Shown here one piece after another: positions 1 through 9,660 of a stretch of 19,086 bases of DNA; positions within the stretch are counted from its first letter, which is position 1, and each line of letters starts with the position of its first letter. The position numbers and the translations under genes are program-made. The notes beneath the pieces are model-generated. The model did no database searches. It worked only from the letters and a program-made list of their open reading frames with translations, and was not told the DNA's origin. The stretch is taken from positions 1-19,086 of the forward strand of contig JAGXNO010000057.1 in NCBI GenBank assembly GCA_019894975.1, given 5' to 3'. Source of the DNA: Promethearchaeota archaeon. GTDB taxonomy: Archaea; Asgardarchaeota; Lokiarchaeia; Sigyniarchaeales; SOKP01.

Positions 1-2
1 AT

Positions 3-218
3 TATGGAGTTACTCAATTTACAAAAAACATGTTGTTTGATGAAAAAATGGGTGGTACTTTACATTGCGCTCTTGGGCTTGGTTTTGAAGAAAATGGTTC
101 AAAAAATAAATCACCAATTCATTGGGATATGCTAAAGGATATGAAATTACCTGGTTCGAAAATTATAGCTGATGGTAATGTTATTTATGAAGAAGGAAAT
201 TGGAAAATTGATATCTAA
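3..218 (+). CDS. Aminopeptidase, peptidase M29 (AmpS/PepS/aminopeptidase T) family, 3' end only (5'-truncated by the window)
   Basis: The frame is open from the window edge: YGVTQFTKNMLFDEKMGGTLHCALG...NKSPIHWDM. The LFDEK, HxALG and NxSxIHWDM motifs are the C-terminal metal-binding signature of M29. The ATG at 30 is internal. Confidence 0.85.
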   Translation, partial: YGVTQFTKNMLFDEKMGGTLHCALGLGFEENGSKNKSPIHWDMLKDMKLPGSKIIADGNVIYEEGNWKIDI

Positions 219-246
219 AAAAAATATTTTTAGTTAAAAACAAAAA

Positions 247-267
247 AAATTAGGAAATTAGGGGATA
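247..267 (+). repeat. 21-bp leader/RBS block AAATTAGGAAATTAGGGGATA, copy 1 (upstream of MFS-1)
   Basis: Exact copy at 1601-1621. Contains an SD-like GGGGA, and the block ends 4 nt before the ATG in both copies. Confidence 0.85.
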
Positions 268-271
268 TTTG

Positions 272-1558
272 ATGGAAGAAACAGCGAATAGGGAGACATT
301 TAGAAGTTATATTTTTTTTTGGTCGGGGCAGTTATTTTCATTACTCGGATCAATGGTAGTTTTCTTTGTAATAACATTTTGGATTGCGGATGAATATAGG
401 GATCCAATTTTGGCTGCAGGAGCTTCATTTTTATATGTGCTTATGATGATCATATGTATGCCTATAGCGGGAGTTATTGCAGATAGAGTCAATCGAAAGC
501 AACTTATAATAGTCGTAGATTCTCTACAGGCGTTTACGACATTTCTATTAATATTATTTTTTCAATTTGGATTAGCAAATATATGGATTATTTTTATATT
601 CCTTAGCCTACGAAGTGTATTCCAAGCATTCCATTTACCTACTGTTAATGCTATCATTCCAACGATGGTCCCTAAAGACAAATTATCACGAATTAATGGT
701 GTTAACTATTTATTTACAGGAGTGGTTCAGCTTTTAGCACCATTTATAGGAGCTATGCTGTTAATCTTCTTATCACCGTTCATAATTTTTTGGGTCGATA
801 TTATTACATTCTTTATTGCATTGGTACCATTATTAATGATAACCATACCCTCTGTTAAAATAGTTGATCACACTCAATATATTACTGAAAAAAGTTCTTT
901 TATAAAGGAATTTACACTTGGAATTAAAACATTGAGGCTAATTCCAGGATTGATTATTATGACTGTCCTCTCGATGCTTTTAAATTTCTTAATCACACCT
1001 GTTGATTCACTTATGGCTTTATTCATCATAGACACTCACGGAGGAGGTTCAGGGCATATTGCTTTTACAAGTATGTTTTTTACAGGAGGGATGATTGCTG
1101 GGGCGATATTTACATCATTTAAAAAGAATTGGAATAATAAAATTCAAGTGATTTTTATTAGTATCATAATAGCTTTGATTGGATATATGATATTTGCAAT
1201 AGCACCTACAGGTTCATTTATTATTATAGGATTAGGTGGTGCAATATTGGGGTTCAATTTACCAATTATAAATTCGCTATATCAAACATTTCTACAAACT
1301 GCGGTCCCAGCTGATAAACTTGGGAGAGTGACTTCTATCGATCACACATTATCTTCAGCCATATCACCTGTTGGATCGCTTCTTTCCGGCCCTTTAGCAT
1401 TGTTATTAGGTATTCCTGCTTTATTTTTTTATGGCGGATTACTAGGTGTTTTTTGTACCCTCGGATTTTGGAGTTTCACAGGGATCCGGAAGGTAGATCT
1501 TGATAGTAAGAGTGAACTAGAAAGAATTAATGGTAAAATCGAGGAAATAACAATCTAA
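272..1558 (+). CDS. MFS transporter, DHA3/MefA-like (drug:H+ antiporter-3) family, paralog 1
   Basis: About 12 hydrophobic segments, N-terminal FWSGQLFSLLGS, motif A-like GVIADRVNRK, and PTMVPKDKLSRING. ATG 272 is preferred over TTG 269 from RBS spacing and the ME- start of the paralogs. Confidence 0.9.
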   Translation: MEETANRETFRSYIFFWSGQLFSLLGSMVVFFVITFWIADEYRDPILAAGASFLYVLMMIICMPIAGVIADRVNRKQLIIVVDSLQAFTTFLLILFFQFGLANIWIIFIFLSLRSVFQAFHLPTVNAIIPTMVPKDKLSRINGVNYLFTGVVQLLAPFIGAMLLIFLSPFIIFWVDIITFFIALVPLLMITIPSVKIVDHTQYITEKSSFIKEFTLGIKTLRLIPGLIIMTVLSMLLNFLITPVDSLMALFIIDTHGGGSGHIAFTSMFFTGGMIAGAIFTSFKKNWNNKIQVIFISIIIALIGYMIFAIAPTGSFIIIGLGGAILGFNLPIINSLYQTFLQTAVPADKLGRVTSIDHTLSSAISPVGSLLSGPLALLLGIPALFFYGGLLGVFCTLGFWSFTGIRKVDLDSKSELERINGKIEEITI

Positions 1559-1600
1559 TTTATTTTTAAAAAATAATACCAACAAAAAAAAATGAAAAAC

Positions 1601-1621
1601 AAATTAGGAAATTAGGGGATA
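1601..1621 (+). repeat. 21-bp leader/RBS block, copy 2 (upstream of MFS-2)
   Basis: Identical to 247-267. Confidence 0.85.
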
Positions 1622-1625
1622 ATAG

Positions 1626-2888
1626 ATGGAAGTAATACCAACACAAAAAAGTTTTAGAAATTACATGGTTTTTTGGTCAGGGCAGTTATTTTCACTGCTC
1701 GGATCAATGGTCGTCCATTTTGTAATAATATGGTGGATACAGATTGAAACAGGGAGTCTTACGATGCTATCATTGGGCCAATTCTTTTACTTTTTACCTA
1801 TGTTACTGGCGATGCCTATAGCAGGAGTTTTCTCAGATAAGCTGAAGCGTAAAAATATTATTTTGGTTGTGGATTCTTTACAGGCTTATACTACGCTTAT
1901 ACTTATCATCTTGTTCATATTCAATGTAGCAAATGTCTGGCTTGTTTTCACGTTCATAGGCCTAAGAAGCATTTGTCAGGCATTTCACCAACCTACAGTG
2001 GCGGCAATTACTCCGTCAATGGTACCAAAAGACAAATTAAGTAGAATAAATGGTATAAACTTTCTATTTATTGGGCTTATACAACTTATTGGTCCAGCAC
2101 TAGGAGCATTAATGTTACAATTCTTTACAATTAAAGAGATTTTATGGGTTGATGTGATTACTTTCTTTATCGCACTTATACCGTTAATCTTTATAAGGAT
2201 CCCTGTTGTAAGAGATAATTCTGAAGAAAAGGAAAAGAACGGATTCATTAAAGATATTAAAGTTGGATTTTCTGCTCTGAAAGCAATACCAGGTTTGATT
2301 ATTCTTTTATTAATGTCTATGTTTATAAACTTTCTAGTACAACCAATAGGTACTCTTATGCCTTATTATGTCAATGTAATACATGGGGGCTCGGAATTTG
2401 AATACGCCTTGATAACAATATTTTTACAAATGGGAATTATTGGAGGAGCAATATTAACAACTCTCAAAAAAGAATGGAAACATAAGATTGAGTTAACCTT
2501 TTTTAGCATTGCTTTCATAGGGGTAGGTTATGCTATCTTAGCTTTGATTCCAAAAGGATTATTTTACTTTATAGGCATTAATCTAATGACAATGGGTTTG
2601 ACTTTACCAATCATTAATACAATTTATCAGACGATCTTACAAACCAACGTAGCTCAGGATAAGCTCGGGAGAGTTATATCTATAGATAGTGCATTATCTA
2701 TGGTAATTTCTCCACTCGGTTCTATTATTGCAGGGCCTATAGCTGAAATAATTGGACTTTCTAGTCTATTCTTAATATGCGCGATAGCTACTATAGTTAT
2801 ATCACTTTCGATGTACTTTTTCACAAATATTCGTCATGTGAAGTATAATGGAAATATAACTTTAGAATCTGAAATACTGGAAGTTTGA
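1626..2888 (+). CDS. MFS transporter, DHA3/MefA-like, paralog 2
   Basis: FWSGQLFSLLGS, GVFSDKLKRK, PSMVPKDKLSRING; 420 aa; colinear with paralog 1. Confidence 0.9.
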   Translation: MEVIPTQKSFRNYMVFWSGQLFSLLGSMVVHFVIIWWIQIETGSLTMLSLGQFFYFLPMLLAMPIAGVFSDKLKRKNIILVVDSLQAYTTLILIILFIFNVANVWLVFTFIGLRSICQAFHQPTVAAITPSMVPKDKLSRINGINFLFIGLIQLIGPALGALMLQFFTIKEILWVDVITFFIALIPLIFIRIPVVRDNSEEKEKNGFIKDIKVGFSALKAIPGLIILLLMSMFINFLVQPIGTLMPYYVNVIHGGSEFEYALITIFLQMGIIGGAILTTLKKEWKHKIELTFFSIAFIGVGYAILALIPKGLFYFIGINLMTMGLTLPIINTIYQTILQTNVAQDKLGRVISIDSALSMVISPLGSIIAGPIAEIIGLSSLFLICAIATIVISLSMYFFTNIRHVKYNGNITLESEILEV

Positions 2889-2909
2889 TCGAATAACCAT
2901 AATTAATAA

Positions 2910-2919
2910 TTTTTTTTTT
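2910..2919 (+). terminator. Possible archaeal oligo-T terminator after MFS-2
   Basis: T10 run about 20 nt after the stop codon. Weak evidence given the AT-rich background. Confidence 0.3.
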
Positions 2920-2963
2920 AAATTGTAAAAGAATATAAAATATTGAAACATAAGGGATAAAAA

Positions 2964-4226
2964 ATGGAAGAATTAACAGATAATAGCTCTCTAAAGAGTT
3001 ATTTATATTTTTGGGGGGGCCAGTTAGCCTCGTTATTAGGGTCTTCAATTGTTCAATTTGTTATAATTGTATGGATTACTCTTGAAACGGGAAGCCTTAT
3101 AGTTTTATCATGGGCAAATTTTTTCTTAATGTTTCCTATATTAATTTTTACACCAATTGCAGGAGTATTATCCGATAGATATGATAGGAAAAAAATAATT
3201 GTAATTGCAGATTCAACGCAAGCCTTTTTAACAGTTATTTTAATAGGATTTTTCATTGTTGATTATATAAATTTAGGGGTCATCTTCTCATTTCTTAGTC
3301 TTCGAACTGTTTGCCAAGCTTTTCATTCACCCACAGTTGCAGCAATTACACCATCTATGGTCCCAAAAGATAAATTAAGTAGAATGAATGGATTCGATTT
3401 TATCTTCTCAGGCCTTGTGCAAGTAATAGGTGCCCCAATAGGGGGTTTATTAGTAACGTTTTTTGATATAAAATATATTCTTTGGGTAGATGTAATTACC
3501 TTTCTCATAGCCTTAATACCCTTAATATTAGTTAAATTCCCAGCTGTACATATCAATCATAATAAGAGTGAAAAAAAGTCATTTATAGAAGATTTCAAAA
3601 TAGGACTTAAAGTTTTTAGAACTATCCCTGGATTGGTATTGATCCTATTTATTTCTATGTTTGTAAACTTTTTACTTCAACCGCTTTTAGTATTAATGCC
3701 ATTTTATATCCTGAATACACATGGGGGGAACCCTCTCATATATGGATTTATTAATATGTTATTCCCAGCTGCTTCGCTTGTGGGCGCATTAATACCTTCA
3801 TTTAAGAAGACTTGGAAAAATAAAATTCGGGTCATTTTTACAGGTTTACTATTTGTTGAGATTGGTTATTTAATATATGCATTGGCTCCTATCGGATCTT
3901 TTCCGATAATTGCTTCAGGAACAATTTTAATTGGTTTTGTTTTACCAATAATAAACACTATTGCGATAACCATTTTCCAGATCGCTGTTCCAAAAGATAA
4001 AATAGGAAGAGTAATGTCTATAATACTTACGATGTCAATGGTAATTTCTCCATTAGGTGCGGTTATCGCTGGACCTTTAAGCGTGATTTTTGGTTTAACT
4101 AATTTGTACTTGTATTGTGCACTGATAGGAATAGCAATTGCAATTTATTCATACTTCTTTACCAATCTCAAGCATATTGACTTTGATCAGGAATTTGAAC
4201 TTGATGTCTCAGTAGAACCCGCTTGA
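2964..4226 (+). CDS. MFS transporter, DHA3/MefA-like, paralog 3
   Basis: FWGGQLASLLGS, GVLSDRYDRK, PSMVPKDKLSRMNG; leader GGGATAAAAA-ATG. Confidence 0.9.
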   Translation: MEELTDNSSLKSYLYFWGGQLASLLGSSIVQFVIIVWITLETGSLIVLSWANFFLMFPILIFTPIAGVLSDRYDRKKIIVIADSTQAFLTVILIGFFIVDYINLGVIFSFLSLRTVCQAFHSPTVAAITPSMVPKDKLSRMNGFDFIFSGLVQVIGAPIGGLLVTFFDIKYILWVDVITFLIALIPLILVKFPAVHINHNKSEKKSFIEDFKIGLKVFRTIPGLVLILFISMFVNFLLQPLLVLMPFYILNTHGGNPLIYGFINMLFPAASLVGALIPSFKKTWKNKIRVIFTGLLFVEIGYLIYALAPIGSFPIIASGTILIGFVLPIINTIAITIFQIAVPKDKIGRVMSIILTMSMVISPLGAVIAGPLSVIFGLTNLYLYCALIGIAIAIYSYFFTNLKHIDFDQEFELDVSVEPA

Positions 4227-4350
4227 AATGTTAATTCTAACACCTTTTTTTACTGTTGTCATCTACATTCAAGTATGATTTGAAAAATCGTAAACTTCTT
4301 TTTTATTCAAATATTTCTGAAATTATTGAGTAGCATACAGGGGATAAAAA

Positions 4351-5640
4351 ATAGAACTAACATCAAATGAATCCACATATCGACAATATTTATTCTTCTG
4401 GAGTGGGCAAATGCTTTCCCTTTTTGGGTCAACAGTTGCTTATTTTGTATTAATATGGTGGTTGACAGTTGTAACTGGAAGTGCTACTATACTAGCCGTT
4501 GCCTCATTTTTTACGATTCTTTTATCAACAATATTAATGCCAATTGCGGGGGTATATGCAGATAAATTCAACAGAAAAACTCTTATTCTTATTGTTGATT
4601 AGTCACAAGCGTTAATCACACTTGTAGGAACGATTCTATTTCAATTCAATCTAATGGTCGTTTTAACCGTAGTGATTTTTATGACTGTCCGAAGCTTATT
4701 TCAAGCATTCCATGCACCCGTTGTTGGCGCAATTATGCCATCTATGGTTCCTCCTGAAAAATTAATTCGTATTAATTCTATGAGTTTCCTATTTCTAGGC
4801 GTAATTCAGATCTTTGCCCAATTAGTAGCTTCACTTCTCTGGTTACTATTTCCAGTTCATATAATTCTTTGGGTTGATATCATTACTTTTGTCATAGCGT
4901 TAGTACCACTTATTCTGATAAAAATACCTTCGGTAACAAAAAAATCAATAAATTCTAAGGGAGAAAAAGAAAAAACTTCATTCTTTAAAGATTTTAATAT
5001 AGGTGTAAAAACTTTAAAAGCAGTTCCAGGGCTTTTAATTATTGTTATTATGTCAATGATTATTACTTTTTTGTTAGCACCATTAAAAGTCTTAATGCCT
5101 TTATATGTGTATGGAGTTCATGGTGGAAAAGCAGGACATTACGCATTAGTTTTAACCTTTTTTCAAGGCGGAATCGTATTGGGTGCAGTAATTGCCTCAG
5201 TTAAAAAGAAATGGGATCATAAAGTTAGAGTTCTTTTTATCAATATGGCACTTGCAATGGTCGGATTAGCAATCTTTGGTATTGCTCCGCAAGGGTTATA
5301 TTTCGTAATAAGCATAGGAGCGATATTAACAGGTATAACTCTGCCAATCACAAGTTCATTAACTGCAGTATTTTACCAAACAACAGTCCCACCAGATAAA
5401 ATGGGAAGAGTCTCATCAATTAGTGGTACAATTTCTGCTTCAATTCTCCCAATTGGAACTATTCTCTCAGGACCTTTAGCCGAAATTCTTGGTATTCCTC
5501 TATTATTCTTCTACTGTTCTGTACTAAGTTTAATTGTTATAGCATCGATTTGGATTCTTACCAATATTCGAAAAGTGGATTTTGATAACATAGCCGAAAA
5601 TAAAAGAATATTAAATGAAAAAATAAATAATTTTGAGTAA
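4351..5640 (+). pseudogene. MFS transporter paralog 4, disrupted: ATA at the start position (4351) and in-frame TAG at 4600-4602
   Basis: The leader GGGATAAAAA matches paralog 3 but is followed by ATA. The frame reads IELTSNESTYRQYLFFWSGQMLSLFGS...LIVD*SQALIT... and continues in the same frame into ORF 4654..5640, for 430 codons in total. ORFs 4411..4602 and 4654..5640 are therefore one gene. Confidence 0.85.
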
Positions 5641-5659
5641 TGCAATAATATTGATATCT

Positions 5660-6487
5660 TTATTTGTTTTTATAGAAGTTTAACCAAGTATTAACCGTCA
5701 CATTTTTACGCCCTTCGTCAGGTTCTCCAAAAACATCTGGAACAGAGACTTTTGCAGGATCAAGATCGTCACTTATTGCATCTTTAATTATATTCCTTAA
5801 GTCTTTGTAAAAATTAATATGTTTTTCTAATGAATCTGCTCCTTTCATAATTGGTCCATGACCTGGAACGTAGGTATCTGCCTTAATATTCTTCATTTTT
5901 TCTAGTGCCTCAATCAGAAGTTCAGGATTGCAGGTTGGATCTCCAGCATAAGGAAATGTGTTTTCAAATATCAAATCTCCTGCAAAAACTACTTTCTCAT
6001 GTGGAAAGGAGATGAAACTGGAGCCTGCAGTGTGACCTCCTGTATGGAAAATCTCGACAAATAAATCCTCATCTTGAATAATTAGTTTTTCTGTGAATAG
6101 AAGAGTAGGAACGATATACTCAATACCTTCGCCAATTGGTCCTTCTTTTGCTAAATCTTTTATAAAAACTTGATAACGAGACTTGGTTTCGCTGTTCAAC
6201 ATTATCTTTGAAGTCATTTCACTACTTAAAACACACACATCCTTAAATGGCTTAATCCCAAATATGTGATCACCATGATAATGAGTTATTACTAAATATT
6301 TCACTGGAACACTAAATTTATTCTCCAAATTTTTACGTAAGATTTCACCTGTTTTAACAAACATAGTGCTATCAATTGCAATACAGAAATTGCGCAGGGC
6401 AACACCTCCTGTATTACCACGACCCTCTCCTGTAGTATTAGCTACAGTATGAGGAGTTATTGATTCTAAATCATAAGAAACTTTCAT
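5660..6487 (-). CDS. Metallo-beta-lactamase-fold hydrolase (substrate unknown)
   Basis: Metal-ligand motifs THYHGDH (HxHxDH), GGHTAG, FAGD and VPGHG in canonical order. Confidence 0.9.
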   Translation of the reverse strand: MKVSYDLESITPHTVANTTGEGRGNTGGVALRNFCIAIDSTMFVKTGEILRKNLENKFSVPVKYLVITHYHGDHIFGIKPFKDVCVLSSEMTSKIMLNSETKSRYQVFIKDLAKEGPIGEGIEYIVPTLLFTEKLIIQDEDLFVEIFHTGGHTAGSSFISFPHEKVVFAGDLIFENTFPYAGDPTCNPELLIEALEKMKNIKADTYVPGHGPIMKGADSLEKHINFYKDLRNIIKDAISDDLDPAKVSVPDVFGEPDEGRKNVTVNTWLNFYKNK

Positions 6488-6553
6488 TAAATTTCAACTT
6501 GGAAGTTTTAAGATGTAAAAACTAGATACTATTTTATAATTTTTCTATTTCTA

Positions 6554-7069
6554 TCAAATTAACCTAGAATTATTCTTATTATTTTCGCTCCACTTCAAAA
6601 CAGTCTTAGATTTTTTAGGAAATAATTGTTTCATAACTTGTATTGCGGTGTCTTTAACTATAGAATTATCTTTGTCTAAGATACAATTCTCAAGCGTATC
6701 AAACACTTCATTATTCTTTAATTGTAATACTTTAAAAGCTAGGATACTAATTCTACGAGTATTAATATCATCGTTTTTTTCTATGAAGTAAGTTAACAGT
6801 TCAGTAGCTTCTAGATTATTCATTTGATTTGTTGTTACATATTCATAGATTTTAGCTACTGTTAAATCTTTATTAATAAAATCAAGAGCATCTTGATAGA
6901 GGATATTTAGACTATTTAATGATTCTTCAAACTCAGAGGATTTTCTTAAATCAAAGGGACAATCATGATTCTCTGGTATTCGATGTTTACTGCATAATAT
7001 CATTCCGCAAAAAGTACATCTATATGGTATATCATTTATCTTTTCATTACAGAAATAACAGTTAGTCAA
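6554..7069 (-). CDS. AN1-type zinc finger protein with a C-terminal helical (HEAT-like) domain
   Basis: CYFC-x10-CTFCGMILCSKHRIPENHDC matches the zf-AN1 pattern. The remainder looks like amphipathic helices (RRISILAFKVL, VFDTLENCIL, VKDTAIQVMKQLF). TTG start. Confidence 0.8.
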   Translation of the reverse strand: MTNCYFCNEKINDIPYRCTFCGMILCSKHRIPENHDCPFDLRKSSEFEESLNSLNILYQDALDFINKDLTVAKIYEYVTTNQMNNLEATELLTYFIEKNDDINTRRISILAFKVLQLKNNEVFDTLENCILDKDNSIVKDTAIQVMKQLFPKKSKTVLKWSENNKNNSRLI

Positions 7070-7201
7070 GTTTAGATGGGGATAAATAAGATTTTATTAT
7101 ATTCTATAGTATTTTGCTGTTAAATTTTAACTAAAAAATTTATTAATTTAATCTACTATAAAATTCTCTTTATTTGTATCAGTTTTAGTCATATTACTAT
7201 C

Positions 7202-9601
7202 TCATAAATTATGTTCTAACCTTTCGATTATATCATTTTGTATAGGGGTGCCAAGATCTATGAATGTAGCGTTATAACCACCAACTTTTACAATTAGATC
7301 GTTATAATTTTCAGGATTTTTCTGAGCGTTTCTAAGAGTTTCAGTTGATACTACGGTAGGTTGTAACTGCATTCCACCTGAATCAAAATAACCCTTTAAA
7401 AGGTGCTTGAATTTATTTATATTCTCATCACTTTCAAGATTTTGAGGATGAATTCTGACATTAACCGCAACCCCATTTGTTGCTTGGTCATAATTTAATT
7501 TAGCAATTGAGTTTAATACTGCCGTAATACCATTTCTTTCCACTTTATTAACTGGAGAAAGACTATTTGAAAGAGGTTTGGTTTCTTTTCTACCATCAGC
7601 GGAAGCTCTCGAAAATAGACCCTCAATTACATGTACTCCCATGGAATAAGCTCCTGGATTATAGCGTCCATTTCTTGAACATTTATGTTTTACTACCTCT
7701 GAACAGAATAAATCCCATAGTTCGATTGCTAATTTATCAACTTCTTCTTTATCATTTCCCCATTTATCGTATTTATTAATGAGTTTCTGTCTTAATTCTT
7801 CTTCTCCATTAAAATTAGAATTTAAGATTTCAATGAATTCTGGAAGAGCCATCACTTTTTCTTCATAAATCAAGTTTTTTATATTATAAAATGAGTCTAC
7901 TAAGGTAGCAAATCCATAAGCAGTGATTGAAGAAAAATTATATTTTGCTCCACCCGCAGTATAATCCCTCCCCTTTTCTATGCATCCTTCAATTAAAGCT
8001 GAAACAAATGGTTGGGGAAAGAATTTAATGGTTTCTTCATCACCAACCTTTGCAATTTTAACAGATTTTTCGATATTATAGCGTAATTGGTTGATAAAGG
8101 CATTATATAGCTCTTCATAATTGGTAAAATTAACAGGATCTCCAGTTTCCAAACCACTTATCTGTTTTGTTAGGTTGCAATATCCATTATTCAATGTAAG
8201 TTCAAGAACACCAGGTAAATTTATAAAAATTCGACCTGTGGCAGCAAACGTATTTCCTTGGCTAGAAGGTTCAACACATCCTATTATTGCATAGTTTCGA
8301 GCATCTTCCAAGCTATTTCCTGCTTCTTTCATAGCAGGAATTATTATATCATCATTATAAAAAGCTATTCCCGAAGTACTTTGAAAAACTTTTAATACTT
8401 CTCTTAAGAACCTGTCTGGAGTTTTTTTGTGAACTCTAACTGAAAGATCAGTGGTTAAAGCTTTAATATTCTTATAGGCTTCAAGAAATAGATATGAAAG
8501 CTCATTTGTTGCATCATTTCCTTCTTTATTGACTCCAGAGATTGTTATTGTCTGTGTATTTTGCCCAAGTGCATTTGCAATAGTAGTATAATCTGTTGGT
8601 AATAGAGTTATGTTCCATGTTAATTTTAAATTTAATTCTTCAATTAATTCTAAAGCAAATTCTTTTGTAATAAGCTTGTTTTCTAAATCTATTTTATAAT
8701 ACGGCCATAGGATTTGATCTAGCCTACCTAAGGCAACGACACTTCTCTGATAAATAATATTGATTATATTTTGAGTAAAATGTATTAGTTGGATAGCTTC
8801 ATAAAAAGATTCAGCTGTTCCTATTGCAAATTTTTTCATCATATCTCCAATATTGCTAAGTTCTCTGCTTCTAACCTCGTTTTTCTCCTTTAAAGCCATA
8901 TCATATGCAAGGTCAGAATATCTCTTAGAAAACTGAATAGCTGCCTTATAGTGTATTTTTACTGCTTCATAGAAATCAAATTTTTCTTGAAAATCAGGCT
9001 CATTTTCAATTAATTCTGATTGATGTAATTCAACCTGTTTTATGATCCCCGAATAACCAACTTTGAGAAGTTTCTCATATCCCGCAGATATATGACCCTC
9101 GTTAGTGCCATTAACTATTCCAATATTTGGTGCGGCTGCCTCTATTCTTGCTTTACCAGAGATTAATTTTTCTTCATACATTTTTTGAGGTATGATATTG
9201 CCATATAGAGCCTTTCCTTTCCAAAAAGGTACTATATCCAAAAGTTCATTAATTTCGTTTTCTTCTATAAAAAATGGTTGCAGTTTCCTTTTCGCATATC
9301 TTTTAATTGAAGTTCGTTTATTGAATGTTCCGTCATATGAGTGTAAATCAAGGTTAATTTTTTCTCCCAAATTTTTACTCGTTTCATTCCCAACAAGCAA
9401 TTCATCTTCCCTAATAAATATCGTCATATTTTCCAAAGTATGAGCTAAAGCTTTGGATCGTTTTATGATCTCAGAAGCATCTGGCAATCTTTTATATATC
9501 TCGGTAAAATAACGAATTCGCTCAATACAAAACTCGTATTTACTCATCAACAGATTATTCTTTAATCTCAGTGTTCTTCTACTATTTTTATCTGAAATCA
9601 T
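7202..9601 (-). CDS. Glycyl radical enzyme (PFL-like superfamily, single-Cys GCVEP type; not canonical pyruvate formate-lyase)
   Basis: 799 aa. IREDELLVGN, LGRLDQ, Cys loop IIGCVEP (C442), KWGND, ASADGR, GGMQLQ, and Gly loop LIVKVGGYNATF (G775). Confidence 0.9.
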   Translation of the reverse strand: MISDKNSRRTLRLKNNLLMSKYEFCIERIRYFTEIYKRLPDASEIIKRSKALAHTLENMTIFIREDELLVGNETSKNLGEKINLDLHSYDGTFNKRTSIKRYAKRKLQPFFIEENEINELLDIVPFWKGKALYGNIIPQKMYEEKLISGKARIEAAAPNIGIVNGTNEGHISAGYEKLLKVGYSGIIKQVELHQSELIENEPDFQEKFDFYEAVKIHYKAAIQFSKRYSDLAYDMALKEKNEVRSRELSNIGDMMKKFAIGTAESFYEAIQLIHFTQNIINIIYQRSVVALGRLDQILWPYYKIDLENKLITKEFALELIEELNLKLTWNITLLPTDYTTIANALGQNTQTITISGVNKEGNDATNELSYLFLEAYKNIKALTTDLSVRVHKKTPDRFLREVLKVFQSTSGIAFYNDDIIIPAMKEAGNSLEDARNYAIIGCVEPSSQGNTFAATGRIFINLPGVLELTLNNGYCNLTKQISGLETGDPVNFTNYEELYNAFINQLRYNIEKSVKIAKVGDEETIKFFPQPFVSALIEGCIEKGRDYTAGGAKYNFSSITAYGFATLVDSFYNIKNLIYEEKVMALPEFIEILNSNFNGEEELRQKLINKYDKWGNDKEEVDKLAIELWDLFCSEVVKHKCSRNGRYNPGAYSMGVHVIEGLFSRASADGRKETKPLSNSLSPVNKVERNGITAVLNSIAKLNYDQATNGVAVNVRIHPQNLESDENINKFKHLLKGYFDSGGMQLQPTVVSTETLRNAQKNPENYNDLIVKVGGYNATFIDLGTPIQNDIIERLEHNL

Positions 9602-9660
9602 AAGTTTACATCTATGTTTTTTTTAAGAAATAATAATACAAGTTTAACCTATTAGTTATG

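Noticed and set aside
307-3556. Minus-strand ORFs 307..492, 1985..2248, 2821..3048, 3053..3256 and 3323..3556, some resembling each other
   Set aside because: They are antisense shadows of the MFS genes; their mutual similarity only mirrors the paralogy on the plus strand.
272-6487. Antibiotic-resistance island (mefA-like pumps plus a beta-lactamase)
   Set aside because: Only fold-level similarity. DHA3 MFS and MBL-fold proteins are widespread with diverse substrates, and no mobile-element features are present.
7202-9601. Calling the GRE pyruvate formate-lyase (pflB) or choline TMA-lyase (cutC)
   Set aside because: It lacks the PFL Cys-Cys pair. GCVEP is shared by several eliminases, and the other specificity segments do not visibly match CutC.
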